Assembly (NCBI GenBank): GCA_002763225.1
Contig: PFAI01000057.1
Location: 1 to 10,050, forward strand
DNA: 10,050 bases
Direction of reading: 5' to 3'
DNA from: Candidatus Diapherotrites archaeon CG10_big_fil_rev_8_21_14_0_10_31_34
GTDB taxonomy: Archaea; Iainarchaeota; Iainarchaeia; Iainarchaeales; 1-14-0-10-31-34
Shown: positions 8,201 through 10,050 of the stretch, in pieces
How the letters are laid out: every line of letters begins with the position of its first letter
Position numbering within the stretch: the first letter of the stretch is position 1
The notes under the pieces: model-generated
Told to the model about the DNA's origin: nothing
The model's input: only the letters and a program-made list of their open reading frames with translations
The model's database searches: none
Made by a program: the position numbers and the translations under genes

Positions 8201-9645
8201 TACAGGCAATCAGAGATCATTATTATGCACTTAACCCAGAAAAACTTCCGGAAAACATTCTGAAAAAAGATTTAAGCGAAAGAAAATGGCTTGGAGTATT
8301 AGGTTATACTATTGGTTCAATAGTTGGTTATGCTGTAGCAGCTCCATTAACCGGAGGAACTTCTCTTGGAGCAGCAGTACTTGATTTAAGTATGGGGACT
8401 TTGCCTGCAATTGCAATAGCTGCTTTTTCTTCTGAAGGAGAAGCATTTACAACTGCTTTAAACGCAGCAAAAAGTGGATTAAAATCAATTGGGATTAGTG
8501 CAGGAGAAATAGAAGCAATTCAAAAAGAAACAGAATTAAGCGACTCAGACTTTTTTTGGGAAATGTCTAAATTAAATGCAATTAACTGGGGAATAAAAGA
8601 AACAGGAAAAGCAGCATTAGTTACAGTTAACTCAACAGCAAAAGATGCAGCTGAAGCCGCAAAAGTGATTAATTCAGCAGGAGCACCAGAATTAATTGAC
8701 GAATTAGCTGTAATCCAAACCGACTTAACAAACTATAATGAAGCAAAACTTGATTTAAAAAACGCAGGAATAGAAAGAATAGGGGTAACTAAAAATGGAG
8801 AAAGATTTATTGATGATGCAACAAATTTGAGACATGTTGAAGGAGGAGCTGGTGATTTTACTAGAAAATATAATGACATGATCAAAGCACTAAGAAAAAC
8901 CACTTTAAAAGGGCAAAGCCCAGGAAATATGGAAAAAATATTAGATGAAACTTTTAAGGTAAGTACAAAAACAGCAACCAAAGCAGAATTTATTGTGGAT
9001 GAGATTGTAAATGATCAAACAAATGGAATAGTAAAACAATTAGAAGAATGGGGAGCAAAAGTTGAAGCAAAAGCAAACCCAAACACCGTTGAAGGAAAAA
9101 ACCTGCTTAACTTGAAAAAACAATTTGCGGACCTCGCAGCAAACAAGGTAAGAGCAGGAGAAGAATTCATTCCGCCTGCAGGAGCAACAGCAACAGAAAT
9201 AACCACAGAGTTAGCAAAAGCAAAAGCACTTTCAGCTAAAGGAAAAATTGTTTCTTTTTTTGAACAGCATCCAAGATTAAAAAGATTATCTAAAGGAGTA
9301 AGATTAGGAATAGGACAATGGGTTGGAGGAGCATTAGGATGGATGGGAATGAATGCATTATTAGGCCCAATAGAAGGAATTCCAACTCCTGAAACAACTA
9401 ATGCAAAATCAGCATATTTTGAAAAAGGAAAAACATACAAAGTAGAAATCGGATTAAATTTGGATAAAAAACCAACTTACACTTTTTCATTAGTTGAACC
9501 AGAAGACCTGCCAAATATTCCTGCAGACAAAAGATTAGACAAAGACAAAGTAGGAGAAGGAATATGCAATCAGCCATTAAAACCATTAACTCCTGAACTA
9601 ATTGATGCAATCAAAAAATGGGAAGAAAGAGAAGCAAACAAATAA
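2251..9645 (+). CDS. Giant membrane-anchored cell-surface protein (2464 aa) with carboxypeptidase-regulatory-like/Cna-B-like repeats, Ig-like modules, a Cys-rich region and C-terminal hydrophobic Gly/Ala-rich segments
   Basis: Uninterrupted 7.4-kb ORF with a GTG start and SD. TM segment at aa ~45-67. Repeated motifs of the type (V/F)xDxxGxx(I/L)xNAx(V/I)...AEKEG(Y/F). 20 Cys, all from aa 779 onward. At least 15 N-x-S/T sequons. Hydrophobic segments at aa ~2013-2059 and ~2349-2372. Confidence 0.93.
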   Translation: MISETLGNIYASIENKFYSVFDFLENKGLPVYSVIDPIEEKGIPFFPLTIGLIVILLTAIFGFGVIGTDFDSAITVNLKDDYGKGLSSVKITAWDAKGNELFNGTKNNADIITIKVQAGAELTFKAEKEGYDDSSKITIKVINKDEEVSLSLKKIINSIQAKIRFYDEETETTVSNVQATIEWQGIIKEALSDSDGLIEFLEIPLEEDLYITAVADSYYEKTASIRFESDETKSVYLTPKEIAFEGQSNLIITLFDEEGNLIENAKVKVFNALNDELIDEKIVGDGVYSENFPKGMVLRFTAEKEGFKLFESNEFTLRGEEENLGAIELEKGGKEIIVKAIYSDTKNPIVGAAIILFNSKKEIINSSTTLYEGLTEFKGLDVEQEYWIGAEKEGYVPAIKKVESDSEEIELIKANSSNSGELSIIAVDEEENPIANASLFFTQIKGEETEVIPLGTGVKHTDENGKFSLTVPLNSEIFVNAVKDLLVGGESLKIEYPTNNNMLIRLAKKDSVKSIKFFDEKGQILGGSLIIKTKNGETIFEGAVEEEILFDAQGNNFVEIELTTPEGKKYSEEINVEGKTDITVDLDSREINEKTPEIEFLGIYDIAGNEVEGITKGKEYILKFKTEWSSGLESGGLHFRTGSDSIKYADSEDIGITGFDGATNNYFYGRSFTPTPSPGYKEIDYSNSGQGGKLNKFIELYYNNPEGTKIIKVRVKARETISQEIVRIKYRAWSYSDGYHNRNPFDSVLEKAKQTEEKESLYADTEEIEIKVYDSEPECMEEVCVQYKFVSEDGQEFDKKDFFGLKDKVYALEMNLEARLSTTATFKLNTSNESPRIAFTGNEIGSFSQFIDNNKSDTLIEFKSTVSRDGTKARVYFKAKEQGESFIKTNIISPKDSMTENFYFKIFEEKTMEITAPESIKEGQNFEVIVKDEEGQGIENAEITLLNSKGRIEKTIFADEFNGTNGRYSVENNLAPGKYLIKVKSDKFKSEEKEIEIVFGTGLELEPTTEMNIPSGQIFLSKRIEIKNLTENLIENLSAEIVPAGNFPKEFKLSVNTPAVLNSKEENTIELIAEYSGNTNAIMHGEAEIIITGLIKGTQIKTQTKAVINYNQKLDADCLEFDRTELTEYLIGAGGNSKQLELGLKNNCGITLEFELEAIAKGQSDNEIEFSAGRIVIAKDEVKTIKIGVINKIQRNFLAQTNFEYDLFFNSSQLTKSIPVKIILWNEMFALDVSPSIVLWLTQSRKGEQAIAAQSIFIRNTGLADIQNLSFATQFDKPGNTKINVEYAYSTGKTISELKKGMSLIPTPVLQAITDTTENQEIIGKVIVSGVINGKQYALREINVFVNVSSGWSCLEAWSDDMQFYSPTAEFGSIDKTLNIVNNCLEPVIIKGIEPQKIGGNEINLIDSDYVLQPGTKDSFTLKLTKKAETNQKVKLKVVGLGQRSGGKEIYSMPFEAEIAIGKGAGLCGGDNEPCQYENTTTLEYCDAEGTATVFFPKQSTNCGEGYCDAEELGKFLSEKLEEEFRKAQLRISDVKSVENLGAKCEIRDNYCSFGALGISSTSFEFYLKNDNLTDDLLESEMKKLGAKEIQNAFIRYGGTEQDLYSSAGSSFGNHLILFPSIRGCGKYTARIIGAVAINGNEIRSDSISLLLKLEPNTKGEIREETPECNSRIQNFMNFLPVDESYSPGTGNSKGSWLGIIIQNPEIESLQKIFAKTLFKDDKGIRVTANKENNFLRFSKASFDQTKGIVKIAMERTGSSDSPKQLDIFITDKYFNAPEEVEKGIASEAGMIISNLKNGVIEKGCISENMDYLILGEVKNIAELLDLKWTDSSSFINLYPNNYTCTRLKMSSKLDAPEVEVSWDLVSKKLSGILKKETVFKYPNGEEITNKGEKKFSLSKLRWEEAGNNYTTEFDLCFKGTDNPRDAKDSKIKLQATGLKDRTLQFGVCAILPTEFYDKSQQITEKSTWYATVDWEGAPDKVPLQAIRDHYYALNPEKLPENILKKDLSERKWLGVLGYTIGSIVGYAVAAPLTGGTSLGAAVLDLSMGTLPAIAIAAFSSEGEAFTTALNAAKSGLKSIGISAGEIEAIQKETELSDSDFFWEMSKLNAINWGIKETGKAALVTVNSTAKDAAEAAKVINSAGAPELIDELAVIQTDLTNYNEAKLDLKNAGIERIGVTKNGERFIDDATNLRHVEGGAGDFTRKYNDMIKALRKTTLKGQSPGNMEKILDETFKVSTKTATKAEFIVDEIVNDQTNGIVKQLEEWGAKVEAKANPNTVEGKNLLNLKKQFADLAANKVRAGEEFIPPAGATATEITTELAKAKALSAKGKIVSFFEQHPRLKRLSKGVRLGIGQWVGGALGWMGMNALLGPIEGIPTPETTNAKSAYFEKGKTYKVEIGLNLDKKPTYTFSLVEPEDLPNIPADKRLDKDKVGEGICNQPLKPLTPELIDAIKKWEEREANK
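2302..2385 (+). repeat. Degenerate 42-nt (14-aa) tandem duplication in the N-terminal pre-TM segment
   Basis: YSVFDFLENKGLPV / YSVIDPIEEKGIPF. Both DNA copies begin TATTCAGT (2302, 2344). Confidence 0.75.
2470..4010 (+). repeat. About six tandem beta-sandwich repeats with a ~88-aa period in the first four; a seventh copy lies at ~5026-5240
   Basis: GCAGAAAAAGAAGG (AEKEG) occurs at 2626, 3154 and 3418 (spacings 528 and 264 nt), with a degenerate copy AVADSY at 2887. Repeat starts include LKDDYGKGLSSVKI, FYDEETETTVSNVQA, LFDEEGNLIENAKV, YSDTKNPIVGAAI, AVDEEENPIANASL, FFDEKGQILGGSL and VKDEEGQGIENAEI. Confidence 0.8.
5254..6640 (+). repeat. Ancient AB-AB duplication of Ig-like modules (~232-236 aa period)
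   Basis: IKNLTENLIENLS (5326) matches IRNTGLADIQNLS (6022). CLE-x25-NNC occurs at C1118/C1148 (5602/5692) and again at C1354/C1384 (6310/6400). Confidence 0.7.
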
Positions 9646-9648
9646 AAC

Positions 9649-9653
9649 TTTTT
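9649..9653 (+). terminator. Possible oligo-T archaeal terminator after the giant gene
   Basis: TTTTT begins 3 nt after the TAA stop. Weak evidence in AT-rich DNA. Confidence 0.3.
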
Positions 9654-9780
9654 CAAAAAAAATACTGCAACTTAAACCAAAAAGATTTAAGCGCACAATA
9701 AAATCAAATTTTGTTTTGTGAACAAAAAATAAACTTTTAAAAAGAAAATAAACAAACCTTTTTTGTAAAAATAAAAAACC

Positions 9781-9797
9781 AAAAAGAAAGTTTTAAG
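9781..9797 (+). promoter_or_regulatory. Putative BRE/TATA promoter for the pilin-like gene
   Basis: Purine run AAAAAGAAAG followed by TTTTAAG (9791-9797), 25-31 nt upstream of ATG 9822, with no SD. Consistent with a leaderless or very short-leader transcript. Confidence 0.55.
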
Positions 9798-9821
9798 AAG
9801 AGAATAATCTTTACTTTATGG

Positions 9822-10050
9822 ATGGATAAAAAAGGTTTTACTTTATTCACTGCATTAGTTTCTTTTGTACTGATTTTATTAACTGCAATGATTGTTCAGA
9901 CAATGATTAAAGCAGAAAGAGACAGAACAGAAGTAATGTCAAATATAGAAGAACAAGCAGAAATGCAGGCAATGGCTGACTTAACCAGAGCAGAAGCATT
10001 ACAGACATTTAATTATTCTTTAAGAAAAAAAATAGAAGAATACTTTGATT
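9822..10050 (+). CDS. 5' part of a type IV pilin-like protein with a class III signal peptide (runs off the window)
   Basis: Not in the supplied ORF track. Translates MDKKG|FTLFTALVSFVLILLTAMIVQTMIKAERDRTEVMSNIEEQAEMQAMADLTRAEALQTFNYSLRKKIEEYFD. It has a short basic leader, a KG|F prepilin-peptidase site, a ~20-aa hydrophobic stretch and a long amphipathic helix. Confidence 0.85.
   Translation, partial: MDKKGFTLFTALVSFVLILLTAMIVQTMIKAERDRTEVMSNIEEQAEMQAMADLTRAEALQTFNYSLRKKIEEYFD

Noticed and set aside
2493..9610. Many minus-strand ORFs (60-165 aa) inside the giant gene
   Set aside because: They are Ser/Phe/Ile/Leu-rich antisense shadows of an A-rich coding strand, with no motifs or expression signals.
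2251..9645. Diversity-generating retroelement target, intein or transposon in the giant gene
   Set aside because: By eye I found no reverse transcriptase, adenine-mismatched TR/VR pair, intein splice motifs or terminal inverted repeats. A template repeat outside the window cannot be excluded.
9646..9821. CRISPR array or tRNA in the intergenic gap
   Set aside because: The repeats are only ~11 nt and degenerate, and there is no cloverleaf or GC-rich stem.
9818..9829. Alternative ATG at 9818
   Set aside because: It encodes only MDG-stop. ATG 9822 gives the open frame with the class III signal.

Overview
AT-rich, compact, archaeal-style window, probably from a DPANN archaeon. Iainarchaeota/Diapherotrites is my guess, inferred from gene content, TATA-box promoters and the giant-protein architecture. 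It reads as a cell-surface locus: the 3' end of a possible SGNH-hydrolase-like gene, a polytopic membrane protein divergent from a short archaeosortase/exosortase-family transpeptidase (Cys72/Arg114/His134) with a shared TATA element, a small basic orphan protein, a 2464-aa membrane-anchored surface protein, and the start of a type IV pilin-like gene. The giant protein has an ~88-aa beta-sandwich repeat stalk, a duplicated Ig-like pair, a Cys-rich region, and a distal Gly/Ala-rich hydrophobic hairpin (APLTGGTSL) followed by a helical domain and a glycine zipper. That distal end resembles membrane-inserting proteins and is the best candidate for an undescribed host-contact or membrane-penetration system. 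No RNA genes, CRISPR arrays or mobile elements were seen.
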